From NCBI GenBank assembly GCA_028534125.1, contig CM052817.1, positions 45,262,001 through 45,326,000 of the forward strand: a stretch of 64,000 nt of DNA. The letters run 5' to 3'. The translations under genes were made by a program, and so were the position numbers. This document shows, one piece after another, positions 38,680 to 50,682 of this stretch. This DNA is from Lama glama. Its lineage: Eukaryota. A model generated the notes under the pieces. It saw only the letters and a program-made list of their open reading frames with translations. It made no database searches and was not told where the DNA came from. Position 1 is the stretch's first letter. The number at the start of each line of letters is the position of its first letter.

Positions 38680-38886
38680 CGTCCGTGTTCCTTGTCGCTC
38701 GCCGCAGCGCCTGGCGCCAGGAAAGAGGTGGTTGTAAGAGGAACGAGCTCGCGGCTCTCTGGCTTCCAAGGTTTTAGGTTTGTCGGAGGGAGGGGGCGGC
38801 AAGCGAGAAGAACCCGCTGCAGCCGGTCCTCGGCGACTCTCCCGCTGACCTCCGCGCGACGTACCCGCCGCCGCTGTTGGTTGGAG
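38680..38886 (+). other. G3BP2: G3BP2 5' exon 1a (start approximate), donor GAG|GTGTGT
   Basis: Lies just downstream of the GC and CCAAT boxes and has no ATG. The junction '...gttggttggag|catttgacattg' resembles the human G3BP2 5' UTR as I recall it. Confidence 0.65.
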
Positions 38887-38949
38887 GTGTGTACGGGGGC
38901 CGGGAAGGGCGGTCGGTGTGGTGGTCGGAAGGGGACATTCCCATCGCGC

Positions 38950-39079
38950 GCCGCGGCTCGAGGCAACCGTCCTGTGCGTGAGCCCCGGTGTCGGAGGTGC
39001 TGCGGCAGAGAGAGACATTGTTCTTGCCGGCTACCTACTCTGCTGTCTGTGCGTGAGAGAAGCCAGCCCTTTCTCTCAG
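38950..39079 (+). other. G3BP2: G3BP2 alternative 5' exon 1b (start uncertain), donor CAG|GTGAGG
   Basis: Strong consensus donor at 39079/39080 inside the CpG island, followed by intronic G-runs. Confidence 0.6.
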
Positions 39080-42000
39080 GTGAGGGATGGGTGGTTACCG
39101 GCGCGCGTCGTGCGGACGGAGGGCTCCGGGGGCACAGGTGGGGCCGGGGTTGGTTGGGGACGAGGTGGCGAGGTGGGAAAGGGGACACAGCGGTTCCCAA
39201 AGGCACGCTGAGGGAGGCTTGGGACGGAACGTGGGGAAGTGGGCTTTCCGGAGAGGATGTTTTCTGAATGAGAGCCCACCAGCCTGGTCTCCGACTCTTT
39301 TGCGGCTCTTATTCCCGGTTCCCCGGGAGCGGGGAGGCAGTCGCCGCCCCGCCCGTGGGGGAGGGGAAAAGAGGCTGTGTCGGCGGAGGCAGAAGCGACG
39401 CAGATGCGAAAGTAGCGGCCTCCGGGCACCATTTCTGTGCACCGAAACAGAATCCGGGTTTGAAGGCAGCCGTCGCTTTGCTTACCCAGTACCTGATGTT
39501 CCGCGGTTCTTGACCCCCCCTGGGGTTTATGCCGAACGAGTTCAGAAACCCGGGCTATATATAACGTACGCTTTCTCCGTGACCTTTTTTATGCAGGCGA
39601 TCTCTTACTGACCCAGGAATAGAAGAGATGTTTGAATGCTTTGGGGAATGGGTTTCGACCTCTTCTTCCACCTCTTCTTTGGGGGTGTGGGGAGGATAGC
39701 AAGGGGAGGAACGTAAGCGTCCCTAGATTGTGTTGATTTTGGTAGTCGAATAAGATCAAATTTTACCTGCATCTCTAAAGGCAGATTTCTTAAGATGGCC
39801 TTGTGCCGCTTTGAGGCAAATATAGACTTGCATCTAGTTTTCCGCATAGATCAATTTTTATTCCCCAAAGTATACCTAATTTCTTAACAGGTTTTTTTTT
39901 TTTTGTATGGGAGGTACCGTTCGTTCCTCTGTTAAAATACAAACAAAAACACGTGCACCGAAGCGGGAATAATATAGCAAAGTTGTTTTCTCTTTGCCTC
40001 CTTATGATTGTGATATTCACTTGTGTTAAAATACTGGTTTTTAGGTTCAAAACTTCACACCTCGTGCTACCTTTCCAAATGTTAGCATTGCATGTACCTG
40101 GATCTATGAACCATTAACTGCAGTTAGAGAGCCCCGTATACTAGAGGGGAAGACTATGAGAATTCCTTGTCTAGCTCCATATTTGGCAATTAATATAGCC
40201 TTAAGCATGTGAACAAAGTTTCTAAGTAAACACTTGCTCCTGTTAGTATCTAGTGGTCCTTTGGATGCCCAAAATTCCCAGTCTCAGAAAATAGACGGTA
40301 TGATTAGTTTGAACATCTTAGAACTGAATTAGGTGTTTTTCTGGTGATACTGTCTTCTCGTTTTATTAAATTTATAGGATTAATCATGTGTTTCCTTGTG
40401 TTATGATTTAATCTCTAGAGGCTGTTTAGTTCTGGAAGATTATCAAGGAATTGTAGGGAGGATAAGGACTTCAAATGGATTGCTTACTGTCTAAGAGGTG
40501 GTATAGTTTAGGCTGTTGAATATTGGAGGTTGAAATGTTGGTCAGTGGTGAACAAGGAGCAAGAGTGGAAAGAACCAGAATGTGGCTTGGATGGGGACCT
40601 GAAATGAAAGGAAGGTAAAGGAGACAAGTCTTTAATAATTCGTGATAGTCGAATTGAGTGTTTAGTTAGTAGGTGAGCAGTTGAATGGTCAGCAGATAAA
40701 CTCCTGAATTTGGATAGTATTGATTGGGACTATTAGTAGTAAGAAATATTCATTATCTATATTTCACTTACGAGAGATTAAAAAATGAAAATTTCAGTTA
40801 TTGGTTACTGAAAATCTATAAATACCTACAGTATCTTTAGATTAACAGCTTCCTTGTCCTAAACAGTTATTGCATTGATTATCCATTATCAAGGTTGAAA
40901 ATTCTTTCCTAACTTGTTTTAAATAAGACTTTTCCGACATATTTTAAAACTGGGTATGAAGGTGAGAAGTGACCCCTTTTCCAGGCTGGTTTTGATAGGT
41001 ATAAACTTAAGGATTGTTTCTGAACTTAAATTCAGTAGGATTTAATTGACGGACTCCACTGGGACACATTTAAGAACTGATAGAACAAACACGTTCTATC
41101 TCTCGGAACACTGGATTGGCTTCAGAAGCCAGAATCAGCTTTTTTGATTGCTTATTTTTATCTTGTAATTTCTAGATAGATTACCTATGTTGACATACCA
41201 TTATGGGTATGTAGGGATGACTCCCTTGGATTTCCTATTATGTTTCGGTCCTCTGCCTTTTAGATCCTCCCAACAGTATCAAATAAGCTAACAGTTGGGC
41301 TTAAAAATTTTTTTATATTCTTACATCCCTGGCAGTTCTTCAAAAGCAGTTTGTTCTTAAACAGGTATAATGAAAACATCACTAGAGGCAGGAGACTTGA
41401 TTTCAAATCCTCTCTCACAACTACTGAGAGACCTTGAATTTTTTTCTTTAGGCTTTCAAAATACCAGTTTCCTTTTCTGTAAATAAAGCAAATACCTACC
41501 TATATCAAGGAGATAAAGAAATGTGTAGGTTACTTGTTAAACTTTAAAGCAGAATATAAATACATGCTTTTGTTTTTGTGGGGTGGCATTTCCATTTCTT
41601 TAATGCTTGGTCACTTTTAATAGCTTCTGAACTTCAAAACTTGCCTCCTTACCTTTGGAGACTGAGGAAAGGGAAGATTTAATCTGCAACTACCTTTTAT
41701 CGTTTATTTCTATGAGTGGTTCTTAGGTCTTACTTGTGATGCTTTCATTCTCTGGTGTGCCACAACAAATTGAAGGTCACTACTCTAAATAGATAAATGC
41801 ATTGTTGTTTTGATTGGTAAGGTAATTTTAAACAAAGACCATCTGGAATTTCTGTAAGTACCGGTTTTAATATGGGGTTAGCTGTTGAGAATGGGTATAG
41901 TCAGTCCATGGCTCAGTGAGAAAGTGCATGGGTCTGACTAATGAGAGCCCAGCCATGAGTGAGGGGCTGTAGAGAGGAGGGGGAAGTAAGCATCCAATAG

Positions 42001-43048
42001 TAGAGATGAACTGTGTCCTAGCACAGATACAGTCTTCGGTAATAACATAGTTTCTGGTAAGGAGACCTGCATCCTGTTACTAGAGATCTTACTCTTTTTA
42101 TAAAAAGCAAGATAAAGTAGTGCATGTAACTTTACAGTACTGAAAAGTTATTTTTGTAGATTTTTTAAATTTTTCAAAATGTCATTTTCTTTTGATTTCT
42201 TGACTTTTAAAAATAAGGCTTCTTAGCAGTTAATTGACTACTTAGCAGTTTTCATTTTGGATGTTTTCTCCAAGCACTGAAATAGCCACCAAAGTGTGAC
42301 AGGAAATTTCATGTCAGTAATTTGCATAAGTGAAAATTTTTTCCACCCTAGAACTGCCTGAGTCAAAGATGCTGCAGTTCTCAGCATTTGTTATAGATGG
42401 TGCTCAGAACATTCCAGGCTCCTGGAAGAGTGAATTTTTGATTATGTGTTTTTGATGCTTATGTGTAGTGGTGGTGGTTGCAGCCAGTTGTTTAAGGTTA
42501 ACAGTTTAATACAATTAGATTTTTTGATCATACATAGATCTAGCCATTTTAATACTGAATAGAGAATGGAGATGCCATTTCAGAGATCCCTAAAGTTAGA
42601 AAGAATTGATGGAGTACAAAATTATTTCACTTGGATAGCCTTGTCTTTTCTATTGTAATCTGCTCTGATAATTATTTTGCTGTAGTAAATCTAAGAACTT
42701 AATTTCATTTTCTTGTCCAAGTGATTACATTGCCTTTACATATTGAAATCCTATGTTAGTTGCAAATTTTATACACTTTCAAATCTTTTTCTATGGTTTT
42801 TATAGTCTTTGGCAATATTTTAATGACTGCATATGAACTGATTTTACAGTTGGGGTTCAGTATATTATATTTTTGTTTCCAAGACTATTAATTTAATACC
42901 ATATTATTAGAAAAAATAGTACTTTATCAGGCAGACATATCAACTATTTTTTAAGTTGCCTCTTGGAAACATTAAAGTTCAAGACTGCACCTTAGGATCT
43001 AGGCAGTAAGTTTTCTTTATTACTCTTTCACTATATAGCTGCTCATTT

Positions 43049-43199
43049 TATTTTTTGTGTGTTTTGTGGGGGGGTGGTAATTAGGTATATTTATTTATTT
43101 TTAGAGGAGGTACTGGGAATTGAACCCAGGATCCCCTGCATGCTGTGCATGCTAATAAGCATGCACTCTACCACTGAGCTATATATATACACCCTGCCC
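43049..43199 (-). mobile_element. vic-1-type SINE with internal micro-duplications
   Basis: gaggtactgggaattgaacccaggatcccctgcatgctgtgcatgctaataagcatgcactctaccactgagctatatatatacaccc. TSD ctgctcattt / ctgctcactt. Confidence 0.9.
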
Positions 43200-44091
43200 T
43201 GTCTGCTCACTTGAAATTCCAGCATGGTATCTTTACTAATCTGTTCCCTTTATCTCCACCTCCTCAGTTTTATCTTCAGTTAGTTGGTAATATTTAAACA
43301 CACTCAGACTTGAACCATAAATATGTCACTAATGTAGACATAACATCAGAAATTACTTTTTCTTTTGCTAGTAGTGCTGAACGCATTTTCACACTTTTGG
43401 TCTTTATTTCTAGAGCCATATTTTCTAACCAGTGACATGTATCTATTAGTTGGTTATGAGAAACTAAATGAAAATTTAGAAATATGTTTTAAAATTACAA
43501 AGTTAATACATAACTCTTTGTGATAGCCAGTATAGTAAGTAGCTTACCAGTGGCATTATGAGTTGGTATGTAGCTTTTTTCCCCTAGATCCATAGCACTT
43601 AACTGTCTTGTATATTTGTTTTTGTGTTGTGCCTTTTTTCCAAAGACGAGATTTACAGCATTCTAGAATTTGGTTTTTACTTAGCTTTTGTGGATAATAT
43701 TTTTTGTCTATGTTTGTAACCTTACTGTTTTTCCCTGTTTTTAATGAATGCATAATCTTTGTGTTTTATAGCTGTGCCATAGTTTAATAATTTCCTGCTT
43801 GATGGATATTTAGACTTTGATTTTGTGTGTGTGTATAAATGAACAACCTTGAATATATCTTTGGCAATTGTGCATGTATTTCTTTGTAATATATCTTAGA
43901 AGTGGGATTACTGATTATGTGTGTTCATTTTTAATTAATTTGATTAAAACTGCAAAATGACATCTCTAAAAGGTTGTAACTATTCATAGTTCTACCAGTA
44001 CTGTATGTGAAAGAGCTTGTTTTCCCCACACCTTTAAAAATACTGAATATTAACAGTCATTCTCATCTTTGTTAATCTAATAGGTGAATGA

Positions 44092-44224
44092 GGGGGAAGG
44101 GTATAGCTCAAGTGGTAGCGCTCATGCTCAGCATCCAGGAGGTCTGGGGTTCAATCCCTAGTACCTCCTCCAAGCGGAAATCATTGAAGAAACCTAATTA
44201 CCTCCCCCTCATTTAAAAAAAAAA
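44092..44224 (+). mobile_element. vic-1-type SINE
   Basis: gggggaagggtatagctcaagtggtagcgctcatgctcagcatccaggaggtctggggttcaatccctagtacctcc plus tail. Confidence 0.92.
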
Positions 44225-44278
44225 GCCAAATAATTGGTTAATAAATCGCATATTTTGAACTGTTGCATCTTTAAAATA

Positions 44279-44411
44279 TTTGTTTGTTTGTTTGTGGTAG
44301 AGGGGGTAATTAGGTCTACTTACTTATATTTTGGAGAAGGTACTGGGGATTGAACACAGGACCTCATGCTTGCTAAGCATGCACTTTACTACTTGAGCTA
44401 TACCCTCTCCC
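44279..44411 (-). mobile_element. vic-1-type SINE
   Basis: ggtactggggattgaacacaggacctcatgcttgctaagcatgcactttactacttgagctataccctctccc. TSD tttgaactgttg at 44254-44265 and 44412-44423. Confidence 0.92.
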
Positions 44412-44504
44412 TTTGAACTGTTGAGTATTGTCAATTTCAAGGTACCTTACAAATGCTTGATATGTGGTAGATGGATGTAATGAAGCATAATTGTATTGCT
44501 GAAT

Positions 44505-45600
44505 TTTAAAAATTGAGGAATAATTTACAATTGATAAAAACCAGTGTTTTCGTTTGTATGACTTTGGGCAGACATACAGTCATGAAACCATCACTACAAT
44601 CAAAATATATTTCCATTACCCCAGAAATGTGCTCATGTTCCTTTACAGTATTTCTCTTATGCTTCCAGCCCTATAGTTTTGTATTTTATAGACTGACATA
44701 TCTATAGAATCATCTAGCATTAACTTTAGATAATACTTCGGAAACTCATTCAAGTTATTGCATGTATCGATTAAGTGCTTTTTATTGCTGACTAGTATTT
44801 GAATATTTGGATTTACCACAGTTTGTTTATTCACCTGGCTAATAGTCATTTTGTTGTTTTCAGATTTTGAGTGTTTATTAATAAAGCTGCTGGAAACAAC
44901 ATACAGGTCTTTGTGGGCATATATGCGTTATTTCTTTTGGGTAAATATGTAGGTTTGGGATTGCTGGGTAATATGGGGCACATATGTTTAATTTTATGAG
45001 AAACTTCTATATTGTTTTCCAAATGACTGTACCATTTTTTTGTTCCTACCAACTTTTCCCATCCTTGCAAGCACTTAGTATTTTCAGATTTTAATGTTGG
45101 CCGTTATTAAAGGTGTAAGTGGTATGTCATCGTGGTTTTAATTTGCAGGTTTCTAATGATTAGTGATGTTGAATATCTTTTCATCTTTATTTGCCACCTG
45201 TGTATCTTCGTGTGGAGTATGTATTCAAATCTTTTGCCCATTTAAAAATTATATTTCTTGTTTTATTCTTAAGTTAGAAGAGGTCTATCTTCTGGATACA
45301 AGCCCTTTATTAAATATGTAGTATACAAATATTTTTTGACTGGCTTGTCTTTTCATTTTCTTAATGATGACTTTAAATAAGCAGAAATTTTAATTTTACT
45401 AAGTCTAATTTGTCAGGTTTTTTTAATTGTTCTTATTGTGCTTACCTAAAATCTTTACTTACCTAACTTTACAAAGGTTTTTTTCTTGTGTTTTTTCCTC
45501 AAAGCCTAGAGTTTGGTTTTATGTCTTAGGCCTGTGGTCCTTTGTGTGTGTGTGTGTGTGGTCCATTTTAAGGTAATTTTTGTATATGGTGCAAAGTATG
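44505..45600 (-). mobile_element. Old L1M-type LINE-1 (3' UTR plus degenerate ORF2 end)
   Basis: 'tttcttttgggtaaatatgtaggtttgggattgctgggtaatatgg...ttttccaaatgactgtaccattt...gtggttttaatttgca..ttctaatgattagtgatgttgaatatctttt'. Confidence 0.85.
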
Positions 45601-45656
45601 AGTGAAACTTCCTATTTTAAATAAGAACCTGTTGGCATTCCCCCATAGCAGCTTTT

Positions 45657-45905
45657 TTTCACCAAGTTTTAATGAGATATAATTGACATATAGCACGGTG
45701 TAAGTTTGTATACAGCATAATGATTTGATTTACATCATGAAATGATTATCACAGTTAAGTTTTTGAAAGTCCAGCATCTCATATAGATACAAAATTGAAG
45801 AAATAGAAAAAAATTTGTGATGAGAGCTCTTAGGATTTACACAAGTCTTCATATATAACATCATACAGCCAGTGTTTATAATATTTATCATGTTGTGTAG
45901 TATAT
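45657..45905 (-). mobile_element. L1 3' end insertion
   Basis: 'ttttaatgagatataattgacatatagcac...'. TSD cccccatagcagctttt (45640-45656) / ccctcatagtagctttt (45906-45922). Confidence 0.8.
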
Positions 45906-48900
45906 CCCTCATAGTAGCTTTTGTTATTCATTAACTATTGAAACATCTTTGTATTTTGGTAGGTTGCTTCTCTTAAGTGGTCTTCAGTATCACAGATTTG
46001 TTCAAGGTTTTTTAATCCTATTATGTGCAAAGTAATGGATGATGCAGAGAGTGTCTCTTGAGCATCTCCTGGAAGCATAACACTACCAGGCTGTGCTCAG
46101 CATTAATGTAAAGGAGTCTTTCAAATAGGAGAGGGATGTGCCTTTGCACATGCACATGTACTACTAGGACTAAGTGCATTAATAAAAGAGATAAAGAAGA
46201 TATATGCAATACTAAGAGGAAGAAATGATTAATCCTGCCTGAGGGACCTAGCTAAAGAAAGCTAGGTAAAATTGGAATAAGTCTTTGTGTAGGTTTTTGG
46301 AAAGAGCATGGGGGAGCATTTGGTGGTGTTGAGAGAGACAGTCATCTCCTACAAATTCTTTTCCCTTTCAGCTCTGGCTTGGAATATTCACTTCTTCATT
46401 TTCTGCATGTCAGATTTCTGCTCCTGTTCCAGTTCAAGCAGTACATTCTTTGTAGTAGGGCTGTATAGCATTTATCACATTAGATAATTGTGTTTAGGAA
46501 TTCTGTCTCCCACTGACTGAACTTTGATTTCTTTGGAGCAGCAGATCAAGTCTATCATGTTCACCATTGTCTTCCCTTGAATAGCTTCTGGCACTTATAG
46601 AGTAGATATCCAATGAATGTTGAATGAATTTGTGTTGTCCCCCTATTTACCTAGTCTGTGTTGAGTGAAGTAAGACAGCAGCCTAGAGAATGAAAATTGC
46701 AGGTTCAGGGAATGATAATGATGGTAAATGGTATAATATTCTTAAGAGCATATAGTTTGTTTATAGAGAGGTGAGAAGTACAGTGGAAGAAAAATTTGAA
46801 ATGTTGGTTAGGGTCTTGTATGTGAGACAGGATTTCTATGGAAGGCTTTAAACTTCAGACTGAATGCAGGTGTTTGGATTTGACTGTATACAGTGTATAG
46901 CTACACATGCTGCAGAAGTTTGGAAGACTTGAGGAAGAACTGAAAGGGTCTGAATTCAGTTGGAACAGAAGGGCTGGGACAAATTCCAAGAGATTTTTTT
47001 GTCCACATATCACAGTTTGTAGCTTAAAGAGGGAAAGTCACTTAGGACTGAGCTTTCAAGTAAAGAAGTTAGTAGGTAGCACCATGTAAAGAAAGAAGGA
47101 AACTGCTTTTTCTGTATGGGAGAGGGTACATATATTGGATTACCTACGAGGTCATGTATGGGTATTCAGCAAGTGGTTAAAAATGTAAAATTTGAGTTTA
47201 TGGCAGAGACTACATATAAATTTAGGTAGGTAGGAGAGCTAAAGCCATTTGTCTGAATTGCCATGTTAGAAGACAACCTCGAGGACTTCTGCATTTTGAT
47301 GAGAAGGAAAGTTGCCTCATGGTAGAAATCTAGAAGGATTAAGAGAAGGTGATCAACAGTAGTAATGCAGACAGATAGAAGACTGAGGTCACTGGATTTT
47401 TGAGAAGAATTGTAAATTTCTAGAGAATGATATCCAAGGGAGAGCTCAGATAATAGTGTTTGAAAAGGGAGTAGAGAATGGAAAGACAGAGACAGATGCA
47501 CGATTAGTAATTTAGGTCAGAATATGACTGATAAAGTGCCATGATAAAGGCCCAGATTACTTTGAGAATTCAAGAAGAAGGCAGTTCTACTCAGGAATCA
47601 GGAAAGATTTTCAGGGCAACAGTATTTTAGCTGGACCCAAATAAATGCATGGGGTTTCAGTCATAGATAGGAAGGGATGGAATGAGTACTGAGTAGGAGT
47701 CAAAGATTCTGGTTCTTGTTAATAGACTTCTAGAATCCCAGCATTGGAGTAACTTAATCTAACTTCATTGATCATACGATTATTTTACTACATTTCAGCT
47801 AAATTATTCAGTCTCTGGAGTAAATACCTGCAGTGAGTGGCAGGTATCATGAAGTAGCTCTACTCTGGTTCTTCTTACAGCATATTGAAACGATATACCT
47901 TCCTGTAATTTCCATTCACTGTTCAACCAGCATTTAACTCTTGCCAATTAGCACAGGACTGTCTCCTCATTTTAGACATTACATCCATATTAATGTAGCC
48001 TGAGATTATTTGCTTTGGAGGCAACACCATTATACTAGTGATTGATTCACTGAACTTTTAACTAAAAAGCAAACAAAAAACCTTAGGTACTTAACTAAAA
48101 GCTGAAGTTTTAGTCAAGGAGGGAAAAGAGGGCGATATACTTTGATAACAGTTTTTAAAAAAATATTTCAAAATTGAGGAAATTTGGGCATGGTATAGGA
48201 TATGAAATCCACTGTAACTTTCTTTTCTACCCTATTTGTGTGTATGGTGTTACTTTCTTCCTCTCCTCCACTCTTCTCTAAATGGATATTAAGAAATTAA
48301 GAAATGATGGTGACGAGTGATAATAGAGCAGTTTCCCATGAGAACTGGAATAGATCTGCTTCAGAAATGAGTCTGGGCAAGTGGAAACATTTTAAGATAC
48401 AGAAATGAGTAAAAGTTAATGAAGATACACAGGGATTGTGGGCAGAGTTAGTGAATGATCTCTGAAGTAGTTAGGACTCTAAACAGGGAAGCCAGATATG
48501 ATCATGTTGGTGTCTGGATGAATAAATAGGATTGATATTTTTAAATTACAGGTAAAGAATACATTTTACATCTTGGTATGATAGCAGTCTCCATATATTC
48601 AAGTGTTTTGAGGAAAAGTGGGGTTTAATCTTGGGATTTCACTTTCTCTGAAAATACGTTAGATGATAATTGCTCTTTGAAGGAGCTAGAGGTTAACAGC
48701 CTTCTGTAGATTATTTTTGTATTTAAGTATCCTTTAATCTTGGCTATCTTTGTTGAACTGTGTAGTCTTGGAGGCTTGACCAGAGATCACTTCTCAATTT
48801 ATAAATTAAGTCAGGACCCAAAAAGGTCATGATTTTTTCATGGCCTTAGGTAGTTAAAACCTTTGTCTCACTTCTATGTTCAGAGGTTTGTTTTGTTTTG

Positions 48901-50344
48901 ATATTTATTTATTTATTTACACACACACACACATATATATATAATTTTTTTAAGAAATAGAAGGACCCTAATCCCAGAAATTGCTTACCTATGACTTGGG
49001 TTCTTTGCTGTGAATAAATTTCCCTGCTCCAGGGGAGAAAAGGGGAAGATGGCAGTTGTTTGGGCAGAACATACAAATTAACCTCTCATTAAAAAATAGG
49101 TAAGTCAGTGAGGTTGCTTTTTAAAAAATTTTCCCCCTCTGTACCTTTACTTTCTGGTTGATATGGTTGGTTTCCATCAATCAATTATACTTTAGCCCTC
49201 TAAGTTGAGTCACTTTAAATCATTTACGTTAAACAAGTAACTGGTCTGTAAGTTATATTTAAGTCAGTATAATTAATTGAAACACCATCCTTTGAGTAAC
49301 ATCTTTATTTCATTTTATCATTCCCTGTGGGAGCCTTCGTGGAACTTTGTAGCATCTTCGGCTGTTTGTTTAGACTTTTACCAGGTTAGCATTGCCTTAA
49401 CTCATTGACTATTTGAAGTTCACTTTTTTAAGTTACCTCTTTTGAATAAATAACAATTTATTGAATAATAATCAGGTAAAGATTACCTCTATTGCCTATT
49501 GCCCTGTCTCTCTGATCTAAATTGATAATATGGCCATAATACTTTAGTGACTGTATAGGTGGTAGACAATGTGAAGCATCCCTTGAACTTCATTACAGTA
49601 ACTCTAGTGTATTTTGACCTTTCTTTGCTGTTGATGTGTGTAATTGGTACCTTTTTTTTTTTTTACTTCAGTTATATGTAAGTGACAAAAATGGTCTGTG
49701 AGTATGTACTTTATAAATGTGATGGGAGATTGGGGTAAATGACAGCCTCACTATAGAAAATCTGGAAGTAGGAAGAAGAAAGAAGAAAAAACGAGACTCC
49801 CCAAACTCAGAAACAATCTCTAATAGTATTTCTGTCATTTGACAAAACTATTTTGTACATAATTATTTTATTCAGAGGGTAAGTTAGTATCTTCCAACAT
49901 CTTAACATCAGGTGTTACACAGTATTACTGTGTAATTTCCACTTCTTTTACTTTATTAAATTTACTAGATGAGTCTACTGCTCTTCAACCTTCTTCATCA
50001 TTCAGAATTAAAACACTGTTTGGTGGCTTTGTTACTTTAAATGTAGCAAATGAGAGTCCTTTTATGTATTAGGATTTATTAATCCCTACTTTTGGAAGTT
50101 TTTGGGTTTTGGGGGAACTAATGGCATTTGGAATGACAGTATCTGATTCTGTTCTGTGAATTAAGTTTTTTTTTTTTAAATGAGCTGGTTTAATTGTAGG
50201 TGGTACTGAATTCAAGGTAGAACAAAGACTGAAGAGCAGGCTGGTAGGATTCTGGGCTGGGTTTACTCCAATCTCACAGCTAAGGTAGAAGTGAGTGAGA
50301 ACTGGCTAAGTGAGAACTGAAGAGATGAGCCACCATATGAAAAA

Positions 50345-50682
50345 TTTTTTTCTTTTTTGCAAAATTTATTCTTAAATGTGCCACAGGCTCCAAGACAACA
50401 CTCCATTCTACCTATAGGTGGCAACAGATGTTAAGGCAGAGAATCCAGATGTTTAAACGGCAATGGAAGTAAGGATCACCATCACCTGAGGCATAAGAAC
50501 GACTTGCTTTTTGCCAGATTTCTTAATTACACCTATGGCCAGAGGACCCTTCCCCGTGGCCTTCACTTTTAGCTCCTCCAGCTACTTCTCTTTCTATTTA
50601 TGCTTGAAAGCCTTGCCTGCTTCTTGGGTTGCTTCAAGGGCCTCTCACCACTGGCCCTTCTCCAGACCCTGCCACTGGAAGC
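50345..50682 (-). pseudogene. TMA7: TMA7 (translation machinery associated 7) processed pseudogene
   Basis: Minus strand translates to PLKQPKKQ / [34 protein letters not shown], matching TMA7 ([54 protein letters not shown]). It is intronless, with a TMA7-like 3' UTR ending catttaagAATAAAttttgcaaaaaag and a 5' UTR 'gtggcagggtctgg'. Stops, a frameshift and a lost ATG show it is dead. Confidence 0.92.

Larger units (their letters stand above)
38380..39600 (+). promoter_or_regulatory. G3BP2: CpG-island promoter of G3BP2
   Basis: Abrupt GC- and CpG-rich island. Motifs: full CRE TGACGTCA 38442-38449, ETS-type TTCCGG 38483-38488 and 38499-38504, reverse CCAAT (ATTGG) 38595-38599, GC boxes 38656-38662 and 38671-38677. 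No TATA box. Confidence 0.9.

Noticed and set aside
38340..39206. 288-aa minus-strand ORF and other long overlapping ORFs in the CpG island
   Set aside because: Non-ATG starts, low-complexity Pro/Arg/Ala content, and long ORFs in nearly all frames are expected from GC richness. No recognisable domain.
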